A model generated the notes under the pieces. It saw nothing but the letters and a program-made list of their open reading frames with translations, had not been told where the DNA came from and ran no database searches. A stretch of 64,000 nucleotides of DNA from Microbotryum violaceum (lineage: Eukaryota), in contig CDLV01000005.1 in assembly GCA_001244265.2 (NCBI GenBank), forward strand, positions 1,054,001 through 1,118,000, read 5' to 3'. Shown piece by piece: positions 36,795-49,822 of this stretch; position 1 is the stretch's first letter; the number at the start of each line of letters is the position of its first letter. The position numbers were made by a program, and so were the translations under genes.

Positions 36795-38713
36795 TCAGGC
36801 CACTGCCACCACCGAGCCTGTCGTAGAGGCACAGTTCGATTGGCGCCATGACAAAACTGCGGCGCCCTGAATAACGGCTTTGGCTTCAGAGGCAGAGTCG
36901 ACGGGGAGGGTCGCGGCGGCAGGGTTGCGCGCCGACGCCGTATGACGCACGTTAGATCTAGTCAGAGGAATTCCAGCGTGGCGAGTAGGCATCGCGCGAA
37001 CCTTGCGACCCGCAGAAGACGACTTGACCGAATCTGATGAAGTCGAACAGTAAGAGGATGCCTCGTCGTCGCCAGAAGACGTGGCATACGAGCCGCCGTC
37101 ATCAGAATCCTCGGGGCTAAGTTGCTGGCGGAGCGCCATTGCGCCCTTGGAGAGCCGAGCGGAGCGAAGGCTGTCAAGAGCTTGCTTGCTAGAGTCACCG
37201 ACGACGACCGGGCATGGTTGGCGCGCGGGTTCAGCAATCGAAGTCCCCGCAACGGAGAGCGTAGGTCGCGATCGAGTGAGGCTTGCGGAGGAAGCCGCCG
37301 CCGATTCAAGCGCGGCACCTTGACTCGTAAGCGCAGACAGGCGCTGCGTCCAACGACAAAAGTCGGACGCATCGAGGTGCAGCGAAAACTCAATCATGAC
37401 GAGGAAAGCACGTTCGTTGGCGTTGACCTCGAGCACAGGAAGGCCAGAGATGCGAGCCCACGCTCGGTTCGAGTAGTTGCGATCTTGAAGATACTTGCTA
37501 GCCGCGATGAGAGCCGCGAGGAACATGCGTCTTCCACAGAGCACAGGGCTTTGTTGCGACTCGGCCAGTTGGGCGAAGCGGGTCTCGTCAGAAACAACGT
37601 GACGATCCGTGGGCAACAGAGGTGGAGACGGGTACGCCACATCGGCAACCGCATCCGCACCGCGAAGAAGACGGACTTCCAGGCGAACGTACTCTGGGCG
37701 TGAGTCCTCGGCGCGGGCCACGGTCTCACGAATCGTGCGACGCGACTTGTGCAAGTAGTACAAGGCGAGTTGCAGAGTCGAGCAAGACGTGCGCGAACGA
37801 CGCAGCACCTCCTTGACAAACCAGTGCAGGGGCAGCACGTTGCCATCGGTGACGGTGGCCTCGGTTGTCGAATGGCTTGCGCCCCAGATGGACTCGATGG
37901 CAAGCACAGATGCACCTAGAACATCCCCACACCAGACGTCCCTGTCAGCAATCGTGTAGACCTCTGTTGTTTGTTTTTGTGCAGATGATGAGGCAGCTCA
38001 CCAACTAGTCCCGCCACGAATCGATCCTTGTTAAGCGAAGAAGGTGAAGATGCCAAGGAAGCAGCTTCATCGGAAGCCTGGGCACGTTGAGTCGCATCGT
38101 ACAAGAATGCAGCGTCAATCTTGGAGTCGTGAACCTCGACCTGAGCAGGGATGACTTGCAGCGAGGAGAGAGCTTTCGACACCGATTCGGCGAGGCCGTC
38201 GCCACTTGGAGCGGTGGAAGCTCGGGCCGCTCGTGGACGAGCATCGAAGCGTGTTGACAAGGTCGCAGGTCGAGGAGAGGGAGGCTCGGTATCGGGGTCA
38301 AAGGAGCACGGACGAGGGGGAGAAGACGAGCGACGCGTCGGTGGTGTAGGCATCGACGCAGCGGCCTGCAATCGCGGGCGTGGCGCCGGAGCACCCTCTG
38401 CCTCGGGCAGATCGATGGCAGAGTCATCCGAGCATTCCGAGGCAGAGCCCCTGGAAAAGCTAGAAAGACCCGAGGCAGCGGCCAAGAGCCATCGATCGAG
38501 GGTAGTGGAGGATTGTTGAGACGCCGACGACGCATCGGAGAAGTAGCCCGAGTCAGTCGGACCGACCGAGCGAAGACGCTTGCCCTCGGGAGCGGTGGCG
38601 TCGATCGAGTTGGACCCGCGTCGAGCTCGGGGCGAGATGTGATCGGGTGCGGAAAGGGGGGAGAGGGAGTCGGAAGAGTTGGAAGGGGAGGTATAATCCA
38701 TGATGGAGTCCAT
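36795..38713 (-). CDS. Pho85-type cyclin (Pcl/Clg1-like)
   Basis: Cyclin box LPLHWFVKEVLRRSRTSCSTLQLALYYL...CGRRMFLAALIAASKYLQDRNYSNRAWARISGL. One intron near 37917-38000. ATG 38713 follows a probable 5' UTR intron; ATG 38770 is an alternative. Confidence 0.9.
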
Positions 38714-39255
38714 TCTGTAGAACGGAGACGTTGGTCGCACAGGGGCGGGAGCAAAAGTGCGAGTCAGCATCGCGTGACTCGACGGTGGCGGCAACGTCAG
38801 GTAGAATCAGAGGCAATCAACTTACTCTGACCTGGAGATATAGCAAATCTGCCTGTTCGGATATGAACCCTCAATCGAGGACAAGTATGGTATGCACTAC
38901 TATCGCAGACGATAGGAGAGGGCACCGAGTAAGGGCTCTGAAATGGGTAGCGACGAAGAAATACGTGACCGGTGTAAGGGGGGGACCTATAGACGAGGGG
39001 TGGAGTGAGATCGAGTGATGGCACGAATGGTGTGAATCACTAAATGCCAAAGCAAGTTTGTTGTTGTTGTTATTGAGCTTGCGGAAAAGATGTGAAGGCA
39101 ACGGGCAGCGATTCCTCGACAGGATGGAAAAAGCTAGCCGGCGCTCGGACGAGTGGCTGATGACGCTGGTAGTATGTTTCGTGGATTGAGTGAAGGGATG
39201 ATGAGTTGGCAACACGCTCGCGTAGTGACGAAGAAACGACAGTACGAGGGGTGCC

Positions 39256-39303
39256 TCAAGCGATGGTCTTGTTGCCGCAGCGGGCAAGGACGGCGAAGAT
39301 CAT
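39256..39303 (-). promoter_or_regulatory. Candidate 15-codon uORF (MIFAVLARCGNKTIA*) in the cyclin leader
   Basis: ATG in GCCATG context at 39303, TGA at 39258-39256, within a pyrimidine-rich probable leader. Confidence 0.4.
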
Positions 39304-40020
39304 GGCGAATATGAGTCGGTGGCGGTGGTGGTCGGTGGCGGAGGGAAGGCGAAAGGAGACACGGCGACAAGGCGGAAGGAAGGTGAGGGGTGTAGACGGA
39401 TCAAGTCGTCGAACCAAATTGGATGCACCAAGTCACGTCGTGCAGTCAAGACCACGGCGGGCGTCTGACTCGGATCGGCCACACAAGCGAATGTGTGCGT
39501 GCGACTCTGGGGCTCTGACTCGGGCAAGCGGGATTGACACTGGAGCGTTGAGCACGGCGCGGACCGACGGGCGCAAGAACGGCGCGGTGGCAACACGGCG
39601 GCGCAGCGACACAGTGGTGCGACAACACGAGCAAGCAGAGCAATGGTCAAGCAGACGCAATGATTCAGCATCTGGGAACCCATGCCAACCCGTTGACTCC
39701 TCCCATGTTGCATAGGACCGCCATGCAGAACTCACATCGCTCGAGTTGCGGGGGCTAGTGGCGTCGAGGCAGCAGCAGGCGCAGCGTCGGCGTCGGCGTC
39801 GGCGGCAACGCAGCGATGCACGAGTTCAAAGTGGTGACGTGGATGAGGATGGAGACGCAGTCTGAGGATATGAATGCGATCGGACCACCGATCGACGATA
39901 AACTGGCTAAAACCGAATGATGCAGTGAAGATAGGTCGGTCGCGATCGGAGGGTGTGCCGACGGCAGCAGGGCAAGCGTGACCGGACCCGCGAGGAGTGA
40001 CCCAACCGACCCCACCCCCG

Positions 40021-40082
40021 CCAGCGCAACTCCAGCGCAAGCCAGCGCAAGCCAGCGCAAGCCAGCGCAAAGCCAGCGCACG
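40021..40082. repeat. 10-bp tandem repeat (GCCAGCGCAA), about 6 copies
   Basis: Directly visible upstream of the cyclin leader. Confidence 0.85.
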
Positions 40083-40372
40083 CCAAATTGCGCAAATGGC
40101 ATTGACTCGTCCTGAGTCGCCTCCAGCTCGCCATGCGGTCCGGTTGTGGGCGTGCGCTGGGCCTCGGCCCGCTTGGACCTCGCCGCTGTCCCTAGGCCCT
40201 TTTCGCCAGCGCGACTCTTTTTGAGTCAAGCGGGTTTGGGTGAGTCCGAGAAGTTGTTTCACGTGTATGAAACGTCCGTAAAGTCCGTTCGCCAACCCGA
40301 AGGGTACAACAATCACTTTTCACCTTGCAAATCCTTGGGTTCAAACTGCCCAGTCCTAAATTAGGTGCTCTA

Positions 40373-41984
40373 CTACATCAATGGCTTTACGCTGGCTTTG
40401 ACTTCTTGCTTCCACTTCGCGACCCATTCTTCGCCACGGGGTCCCTTGGGTACGGCCATCAGTTCGAGCGCCCACCCTTCTTTCAACTCCCAACCATCAT
40501 CGGCTGCTTCCCCAGCTGCGGCCACGAGAACCTTGCCCAAGGTCAATTTGTTGCCGACCTTGAGCACTCGACCTTCTTTGGTCGCGATGTACATTGCAAT
40601 CGTTATAGGGTCCTGGTCCATCGAGACGAGTAGATCGCCGAATGTCGCCGCGGTGTGGAACTCGAGGCATAGGTCGCGCGTCGGTGGGTCATTCAGAGGC
40701 ATCATCAAGAAGATGGGGAAAATGAGACTGGTCTCGGGGGGTGGAGCGGTCCACTGGATCGCCGCAGCCGAGGAGGCTTCAAAATCTGCTTTGGGCGGGA
40801 GAAGCGGGATTGACGGGGACGAGCTCGACGGCAGAGATTTCGGATCGAAATGAGGAGGTCTAACGTCGCTCGGGCACTCGGAAAACAGAGGCTTGGAAGC
40901 AGTGATCTTGGGGAGGGCAACACCCCGCAACTGTGGCGGGAATCATAGTACACACATAAAGGATTGTGAGAATAACTTAGCAGTCATGTCGCGCGCGGGC
41001 CGCCACAACGCCACTCACAGTCATGGCCAGCACCAAGGCCTGCTCCTCTTCTTTCCGCCTTCTTTCCTTCTCCTTCTTTTCGAGCTCGAGTCGCTCCCTC
41101 TGTTGGATCTTGGTCCGTACCTGCTCGCGCCATTTCTTGCCCGAATCGAGCTGGGCTTCTCCTAGCCGTTCCTCGAGCACCTGCAATCGCAGCAACGAGT
41201 CGAACGCTTCATCTAGCCGGTCGAGACCGAGCAGTGCTCTGGCCGACCGCAGGAGAGCTTTGGCGTCTGTCCTCTTCCATGCTTCTGGCATTGGCTCGGG
41301 ATAGTATGTTTGTGGGGCCCCTAGGACTTGGGCGACGTCTCGTAGACACGATCCATAGTTGGCTGCGTTAGTCATGGCCGACCGGGAACAAATGATTGCG
41401 TCAGCGCAGAATATGATATGTGCTCAAATCAATTGTCTGGTATGCCTACCTAGTCCGAGATTGGCCGCTGCTCTGTTGCTCCACAGCGTCCGCTTCTCTT
41501 CGACCGAGAGATCCTGGCCGAGTTCATCCAGCGCCCTCGAGTAGAACCCGATCGCATCCTTGAACTTGCGCTGCTTGAAGAGCTGGTTGCCTTGATTGCG
41601 AAACTCTTCGGCGATTTCTGAGATTCACAAAGAAGAAGAAGAAAGACCGAAAGACCCTCCACAGGGTGTCAGTGCATGGTCTCGACAGTCCAAAACTCAG
41701 CTCGCAGCTCGCACGGACCGGAAGGTGATCCATCGTACGCGAGGGCCTGCAGGGCAGCGAGGGTGTTTTGCCCCGTGTTCGCTCCCGAGGCGTCGTTCAA
41801 AGCTCCATCCGAAGGCAATGCTTGCATGAATAAGGGGGTTGTGTCCCATCCGGCGAACGGATCGTCCTTGCCAGCCGACGATCTGAGAGTTGCCTTGCCG
41901 TGGTCAATTCGGTTGGCTCCATAGACCCGTCTGAGTTCGCGCAATGATGACCTACTCTGGAGGTCTTGCAGGTGCAGTGGCCAT
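40373..41984 (-). CDS. CNS1: Hsp70/Hsp90 TPR co-chaperone Cns1/TTC4, multi-exon
   Basis: Motifs TPLFMQ, LAALQALAYDG; TPR EIAEEFRNQGNQLFKQRKFKDAIGFYSRAL and SNRAAANLGL/ANYGSCLRD; wheel-domain LIFPIFLM...LKVGNKLTL. Confidence 0.9.
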
Positions 41985-42231
41985 TTTGTGAAATATCCGT
42001 CGAGAAGAAGATGATCCGAAAGCCAGGAGGTGGAAGAAAGCCTGGCCGAAGCGTAGTCACGCTCCGGGTTCCAAGCTGCGAACGATTTCCGCTCGCTCGG
42101 ACCCACTGCGTCATGGCAGGTCATCGCTACTTCATCGCTTGGATTGGCCGGGATTGGCTCAACCCGATCGCGCCTTTAGCTTGCTCTCGCGCTCTCGCAG
42201 GCGTGTCGCGCTGGCCTGCATCGCGAGGGCT

Positions 42232-44256
42232 ATGCTCGCTCGTATCTGCAAGGGCAAGTCGATCGTCGACTCGGTGCTGCCTTGCACCTGTCGTCGACCC
42301 TTTACGTCCGGCAGATCATCGACCTACTACAGCTCGCGAGGCGCCCCATCGTCGAACTCTTTCGCTTCGACGTCGCAGGCCACGCTCGCCCACGCGCCGT
42401 CCTTTGATCATCTCACGACGTCCACCGCAAAGTGGCCCCCTCGTTTTGGCTACTTCTTACCCAAGCAGGCCGTACCCGCTCCCCACGCGTCATCATCGGC
42501 CAAGGCGAGGCCGCGACGACGGCAACAAGGACAGCCAGACCATCTCGTCGCTCTCGTGCCCAAGCTGCCCGTCGTTCGAGCTGGCGGGGCTTCGGCTCCT
42601 AATCAGGGATCTTCTTCGCCGTCGCAATGGTCGTCGAACAATCGGGTCGACCAGCAGATATCGCCTTACCTGCCTCTAGTGACCCGCGAGCGATCGCACC
42701 TCTTGTTCCAGCTTCGCTCAGCTCTCGCTTCCTCATCCCCGTCGCCAGAACGGACCTGGTCCACGCTCATCGAGGTCATTCGCTATCCTAACGTGCTGCC
42801 CGATCTACCGGCATCGTCTTATTCCACCTCGTACAGGGTCGCCGTTGATGAGTACAACCCGGTCCAAGACCCGAGAAAGCCGATTCGGCTGTCGCTCTCC
42901 GAGCTCCGCAGAACGTTCGACATCCTCAGCAGTGCGCGACCGGCGACATGGAAACACTTGACGAAGCTACTCGTCTTGGTCGAGCTGTACGCGTTGCATG
43001 GCGATGCGTCAACGACGCCCGCAGTAGGAGCGAACACCAACGCGGACCTCGGCAAGAACTCGCTGCTGACGCCCTTTACGGCGGATGTTGCCTCGGTGCT
43101 GCGGCAACGCGACCTACGCGCGTTGATGATCTTTGCTGGCGCCAACATCCGTAGCCCTCGACGCCAGATCGAGCTGGAGAATGCATTGACCATGTTTGGT
43201 TACATCCGCGGCGAGATCGAAACCAAGACGTTCAACACGCTGCTCAACTTGGCCAGCCTCGCCCGCGCTTGGGATCTGTACGACAACGCTCAGGCGCGAA
43301 TGCACTCGATGAGGATCCACGAAGATGTCGCCACCGTTGGAATTCGAATGATGATGATGCTAAGGAGAGGGGCGAACCTCGATACGATCTGGCGCGAGTT
43401 CGTGCGAGGCGTTCAGCGCTATGGTCCGGAACAGAGCGATCAACGACTGTGGGGGTCGATGGTGTGGTGCTTTGCCAGACGTGGCAAGATGGAGGACGCG
43501 ATGAGGCTATTTTCTACGATGCAGCAAAGATCTGAGAATGGCCTTCAAGTCGATTTGCTCACCCTTGGGCCCCAACAAACCCGCTTCGATCACCACGACG
43601 ATGGCACGATACCGACGTTGTGGGTCCATGCGCGTCGACCTGACAGGTCGACGTTCGAAGGCCTCGTTCAAGCCTTTGCGCACTATGGCGATCTTGCTTC
43701 GGCTTTAGCTGTTATGCGTGAAATGCTCGGCTCGGACCCAATCATCGCACCATCGCACCAGACGTACGCATCACTCTTTCGAGGATTTACGCGGCATGGA
43801 CGAGCGCCGTCCGGTCTCGCCTCTCGTCACTTGCACGGCGGTGTGTACTCGACCGATCGAGGCAACTTGTCGGCTTATCGTGAAGCTCCTCTCAGCGCGC
43901 TTTCCTCGCTCGTGACTGGCAACGCTCGGCCGACGCAGCCAGGGGTGGACTGGACGCTCGAGGTGCTTGATTCCTTGTTCGACGGCTTTATCGCTTCTTC
44001 ACCCGCCTCGACGACCGACTCGGCACGCCTTCCGTTTCAGGGAGCTCGTTCTGCACCCCAACCGGCGCAGTTGTTCTGGCTCGTCCTGGCATACGAAGTA
44101 ATGACGGGTAACGATAGCACGGTCGTCTTGGATCGATGGACAAGGGTAGAGCGGGTTTTCAATCGAACGGATCGGTCAGAGTGGAAAGGTTGGAAAGTCG
44201 ATGGCAGGCTGCAGCGAAAACTGGAGGCTCACAGGCTGAGTGTGGAGGGGTCATAA
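42232..44256 (+). CDS. Pentatricopeptide-repeat protein, probably mitochondrial; intronless
   Basis: Basic presequence-like start MLARICKGKS. PPR-like units TFNTLLNLAS, LWGSMVWCFARRGKMEDAMRLFSTM, PDRSTFEGLVQAFAHYGDLASALAVMREM, PSHQTYASLFRGF. Confidence 0.85.
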   Translation: MLARICKGKSIVDSVLPCTCRRPFTSGRSSTYYSSRGAPSSNSFASTSQATLAHAPSFDHLTTSTAKWPPRFGYFLPKQAVPAPHASSSAKARPRRRQQGQPDHLVALVPKLPVVRAGGASAPNQGSSSPSQWSSNNRVDQQISPYLPLVTRERSHLLFQLRSALASSSPSPERTWSTLIEVIRYPNVLPDLPASSYSTSYRVAVDEYNPVQDPRKPIRLSLSELRRTFDILSSARPATWKHLTKLLVLVELYALHGDASTTPAVGANTNADLGKNSLLTPFTADVASVLRQRDLRALMIFAGANIRSPRRQIELENALTMFGYIRGEIETKTFNTLLNLASLARAWDLYDNAQARMHSMRIHEDVATVGIRMMMMLRRGANLDTIWREFVRGVQRYGPEQSDQRLWGSMVWCFARRGKMEDAMRLFSTMQQRSENGLQVDLLTLGPQQTRFDHHDDGTIPTLWVHARRPDRSTFEGLVQAFAHYGDLASALAVMREMLGSDPIIAPSHQTYASLFRGFTRHGRAPSGLASRHLHGGVYSTDRGNLSAYREAPLSALSSLVTGNARPTQPGVDWTLEVLDSLFDGFIASSPASTTDSARLPFQGARSAPQPAQLFWLVLAYEVMTGNDSTVVLDRWTRVERVFNRTDRSEWKGWKVDGRLQRKLEAHRLSVEGS

Positions 44257-47200
44257 AATTTGGTGCAAGCGTTTTCTTCCCTGTTGTATTATCTATCAAG
44301 GCATATTCCTGCTTGCAACTCTGGTCCTAGAGAGCCAGACGCCGATTCGCCGCAAGCTCGTAATTCATTCGACGTTAGGCATGTCCACTTTAACTCGCAT
44401 ATTTGCACGATCAAAACAATAGCATTTCTCTTGCAAGAATACGCGCCTTTACGCTCTGTCGTCGGAAGCGTACGCGTACGCCGTATGGACAACGTGCTGC
44501 AAAACGACCAACAAAGATCCGGGATAGCCTGGCTCATCTCGACGGCGGCATTGCGCGCGGTTCCGTCTCGAGGATTCACCTTTTAGCTCCGATCGGTGTT
44601 AAGCGACACTACTGCTTATTAGAGTTTAGAAGATCGCTTTTATTCTGGCGGGTTGGTCCCAGATCGTCGGCAGCCGAAGGTCTCGGATCAAGGCAACATT
44701 TGTGTACGTGTGATGTGTGTACTGTTTGGCAATTATCTCCTGTTCCGACTGCCAACTCCTGCCGACGCAGTTGCTTGCTCACCACTGTCAATGAAAGCAT
44801 ATTGATCGTTGCAAGAACATCCGTCGATAAAGCACCTGCAGTGCCTGCTCTAGTGATCTCTTCAAATTTAGTACACCTCGGTCTACGAATTCACGATTAC
44901 GCGTGTTGCGGACTCAGAATTCTAAGGCCTCCCTCCCCGTACATGCGTCCGACAGGGGCCCTCTGCCGGCGGCACGATCAATTCCAATCAAGAGCCACCC
45001 GCAACCGTTACGCGCTTGCTGCGCATCCGCCGGGGACCAGCGCCGCCAAGGATTGAGGTAGGTAAAGTGTCTCGGATCTGCGAGGAGAACGGCGCCGGCT
45101 GGTGGATCGGCAGCCTGGTTGGTCATGTGCTGACCGATCACAGCACGCACAGAATTTTTGATCCTCTTCTGCGGCCCAGCTTAAGACCCAGTACTTGATA
45201 AGTAGCTAGTAGGCACGTGGAATACGTGAAATGCTTCCGACGAAATGATGGACGTACCCAGCTTTGGGTAGTATTCGACGGCGGCGATCCCTTTCCGAAA
45301 GCAGCCAGAATTCTCGGTCCCTCCACTCCACAGTTTTCCCGTCATCTACGTAGGACCGTCTGGCAAGGACATTTTCGACACAAATGCCTCTCTTAGGAAC
45401 AAGCAAAAAAATGTTACTGTAAGTACACTGTGTTATCCGAGGTACCTATCGATGTCATCGGCGCTCGCCGCACCCCTAACCCCACCCTACAGCCGTCGCA
45501 ATTCAAGTAGGTGCGGATTCTTCATTACGGATAAGTAGGCCGGTGCCACGTTACGCAGTCGGCATTTCCGAGCATGAGGGCAAGAGTGACGATTTGCCAG
45601 GTAAGTACGGTATCTAGTCTTGAAGGTGGTGCTCTGTGCCCTCACTGAAACAAGCTTCATTCCGCCAACTTGAAGTTTAAAACATGTCCGCCACTGCCAC
45701 TGCGGCACCAATGAGGAGCCTGTACGCATTCAGAGTCGGAGGCTTTGGGTAGCGGGAAAAGAGTGCCTACCGTACATCAATCCCCGGGCCTTGGATTTTG
45801 TGCGCAGTGGGTAGATATCGAGATTGTCCAGGTTACACGGCAATCGGTGGCGGTAAACAAAAGCCCTTCCTCAGGTCCGACGGAGGGCTGCCGGCGTTTC
45901 TAGAGAAGTAGTTCAGATTGAGTCAGCCTGTTTCTTTAGGAGCGTGTAGCGTGCAGCAAGTTCTACCACTATTAATCAGAAAGACTTCTTGAAGCGACTC
46001 TTTCCACCAACCGTGCAACCCGGTGCATGCAATCGCGACCGCGGGCGAGATCGAACGCTGATCGCCGCGGCCTTTGTGGAGGGAGCTTTGCGATCAGCCT
46101 ATACGTCAGTGCACGGGCTCTCATTCGCTCCACCTCTCGGACAGGTCGCCGAGTCGAGCAGTGGCGCACGAAGATAAACAATGGGTCGACAGAAGGATAC
46201 GCACCTAAATTTGTCATAAGCCATTACTGCTTGACCATGTGAATGGAACAGTTTGAACAGCTAGGTCCAGGTACCAACACTTAACCCAGTAGTACCACGG
46301 TCACAGCATCGGATCACGTGCCGAACATTTTACCCGTCGTTGTCTAATCAAAGTAGTCCGGCGCAGTTTGATTCAAGAGCTCTAGTTTTGATTCACAACT
46401 CACGAGCGTCAGGGCTCAAATCGGACTCCGCGGAGATCCCGGGACGAGCGACGAAGGGGGTAGCCACTCATGGGACGTCGGCGCCGACGACGAAGTACGG
46501 TGATCGGTGATCGTATATAGTCAGAAAAAGTCGTCAGACCCCTTAATGCGACACCCCCAATCTGTTGGAGAAGGCTCAGACTGACGCTGTCTGACACAGC
46601 CTGAACCAGCATCTCATAGGTAATACAGAATACCAGGCCCTCCCGTGAAATTTCATGCAGGATTCTGTAGAAAGATTGTCCAGCAGGCTGAGCCGCGCCG
46701 GGATTCGCCAGAATGGTCTGATTTCCCTCTGAACTGCTCTGATTCGGTCTCAGATCGAAATTGGTCCGAGCGGGTCTGAGGGGCCTGCAGCAATTGGCAC
46801 CGGTTTCCGCCCATGTACCTTTTTGGGGATGGGCGCTGCTGGCCCGTACTGCCACACGAACACTGCAATATTCTTTCTGAGGGCCGCAATTGCCACTATT
46901 AATAATTGAACGATGCCACAACTTGAGACGAATACTTGAGGGGCTCCCACTGGGGAATACTTACACAGGACCCGTCGAGGATTGCTTGCTTTACGGTCGG
47001 CGCGAAGCGGCGTGGCCTGGTGCGGCGGCAGGCGGCGGCCGGCGGCGGCCGTGAAGCGTGCCTGCCTTCTTTCATCCACCCTCACTCGTTTCGCCTCTGT
47101 GCATCGCGGTCCAGGGCTTCGGAAGCGTTCATCTATCGCTTTTTAGTCACGTACAGACGTCCCTTCGTCTCGCCTTCGGTACCTCAGGACGTGCTCTCGA

Positions 47201-47775
47201 CCGTTGCGCACCGACCGACGGCGCCTCGGCAGACCTCGCTTTAGCGTTCCAAGCCGTTCGTGACCGACCTCCAAGCAACAGACGGAGCCGACAGACGCCT
47301 TCCGATCGCCGCAGAACCTACGCACACGGTCCCCACCTCTCATTGCGCTAAGCGTTCACCTCTCCAGCAGACGTCGCCCAACGAACAGCCAGTGTTTGTT
47401 TGCTCGAGTCGCCCTCGTCTCGCCTTCGTTGTCGAAGCTCCCGTTGTTCGCATCGTTTCCAAGCGGCTCGCTCTGTCGATCGCTCTCCCAGCTCTCAAAG
47501 AAGCGGGTTGAGTGGGCTAATATCAGCAACGGGTCCTCCTCCCCTGCAACCCGCTGCGCCGTCCGGATCTGAGCATCCACCCATCTTCGGAGAACACCTT
47601 TTGTCGATAAAATCAACGATCACAGGTGTCAACACCGCGACCAGAGCGTGCGTTGCCCATCTCGACCAAGGACGGACAAAAGGCAATAGCAACCGGAGCC
47701 CGACTGTGCCAGCGCGTGTACGATCGCGCGAGGGTTTCTGGTCCATCAACTTAATCTTTCTTGAACGTCATCAAC

Positions 47776-49822
47776 ATGGCCTCCGTCGCCACATCGTGTC
47801 CGACTACGTCGAATGGCACGAACCGCATGCATGACGTTGATCAGCAACAACCGCCGGACCTGGCCCGACCCCCCATTCCGTCATCCGGCACACCGTCGGT
47901 AGCCACAAACTCGGCCCCAGCGCCAGAGCCAGGGGTGATGATGACGGCGGCCTCCACTTCGACGACCTCCCGCCTTCCGCGCCTGCCCAGCATCTCGTCG
48001 CTGCTCGCCGGTTTTCCTGGTCATGATGCCTTTGGTGAGTACCCGTATGCACTACGATATACACTACGTCATAGGGGAGAAGCGCATGACGCCTGTTAAC
48101 CTGTTCTACAGTGGCGTGCCCCTGCAATTGAAGAGGGGGCCCGCATGGTCTGCGTTTGAGCAATTTGCTGACATACCCACCGATTAACTCCTTCTTCCTC
48201 TGTTCTTGGCATTGTAGATCAGAGTCCGACCTCCCGACGGAGGTCTGCTCCACGAATTGATGAACACCCACTGTCGTCTTACAAGATGGGCGGTGGACTG
48301 CAACAGTCTCAATCCTCGAGTCGTGGTTTTTCTGGATGGGATCAGCCATCACCATTCTCGCAGTCACTTCCGACAGGATCTTCTGGCACTGCACCTCCTT
48401 TGTTCCCTCGACCGCCGATACCAACCAAGTCTGCAACTCACCCAAGTTCGGGTAAGTCGGTACCTCTTGCGAGGTCCCACCTATTCAAAATTTACAGGCT
48501 AACTCGATGCCTCGGTAATCTGCTTTACGTCTGGTGCAGGTCAGCTCACATCACCGACAGGAGGACCGCTACATCCTCTGCCGTCCGGTCTCGTTGGTTT
48601 CGCTCCTCTTTCACCGCCCCAAGTGGACCGAGGACTTGTCTTCCGTCCGCGAAGCAACTCTTTATCGGTCCATCCTTATGCGAATCCGTATCACCATCGG
48701 TCGGCGACGTACGAGCATGACCCTCGTCGAAGAGGGAGTTTGAACGAAGGGATAGCCAGAACAACCACGAGCGGCACCTGGTCACCTACGACTGTGCCGG
48801 GGGGTCCCTTTGGCCAGTCAGCCGGCGCGGCAGCCGCAGCCGCGGCTCGCGCTCGCAAGCATTCAGTCAATTCTGGATGGACTCATTGTCAGATGTCTTC
48901 TCTCGGGACGAATGCTTCCCCACGATCTCGTGCCGCTTCCATCTCGGCGGCCCCCGAAGATCATGGCTATCTCCCCAACTGGGCCGATCACGAGCGAGAC
49001 ATGGTTATGCGCCAAGCTCGCAACGCCAGCGGGAGGGTTAACTCGCTAGCTTCGTCGGGCTCGTCGCCTCATGCCAGCTCAGAACCCGATGGGCGTCAGG
49101 AAGCGATGGAGCATCTCGAGCTGGCTCGAGAGCGACCTTTAGCGGGTTTGAGCTCGAGGGAGCCTGTGGGGGCAATCCTTGCGAGCAGCTCATCTCCAGA
49201 CGCTCGCCTCGCTCTCGGTGAACGACCCCACGGTCGACTCTCGTTCGGAGGCGCACCCGATGTCACCGGTTTACACATCACCTCGCTGGACGGTCGACGT
49301 CCCTCGATCCCAATGATCAACCCTTTCAACGGCGGTCCTGTGGGGCATGGGCTGCCATCTTCGGCTTCACACCCCTCCGTCATGGCTGGCCACCTCCCGG
49401 ATCACCAGAATCAGGCATGGAGTCGGACATCCCCCAGTTTGCCAGGGACGGGATCGTTCCCATCGCAACCTCATCTCGCGCTCGGCGTTAGTCTCGACGA
49501 TGGGACGAACGAGAGCGGTGAGCACGGTCGGTACAGCTGCGAGCACTGCCCAAAGCGCTTCGCTCGACCATCGTCTCTACGCACACACATTCATTCACAC
49601 ACCGGCGAGAAGCCCTTCACGTGCGAAACATGCGGTCGAGGTTTTTCGGTGCAGTCGAATTTGCGGCGCCACTTCAAGATCCATCGTGCTACGCGCTTGG
49701 CCAATTCGATCGTTGGTGAGGACGGCGACGTCAAGATCAGAGGTTCCGACGATGAGGGGCAAGGCTCGGTATCCCCCTCGGACGAGGGCAGTGACGAACT
49801 AGAGCAAACACAAGCCGAATGA
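47776..49822 (+). CDS. C2H2 zinc-finger transcription factor (two C-terminal fingers, MtfA-like), 3 exons
   Basis: YSCEHCPKRFARPSSLRTHIHSHTGEKPFTCETCGRGFSVQSNLRRHFKIH and an N-terminal LPSISSLL motif. Introns near 48035-48217 and 48452-48539. Confidence 0.88.

Noticed and set aside
38005-38754. 249-aa alternative-frame ORF overlapping the cyclin, and upstream ORF 38797-39024
   Set aside because: Both begin at non-ATG codons in GC-rich sequence and show no domain features. They are treated as chance open frames.
45473-45490. CCCCTAACCCCACCCTAC telomere-like word
   Set aside because: Degenerate, under three repeats, with no supporting context.
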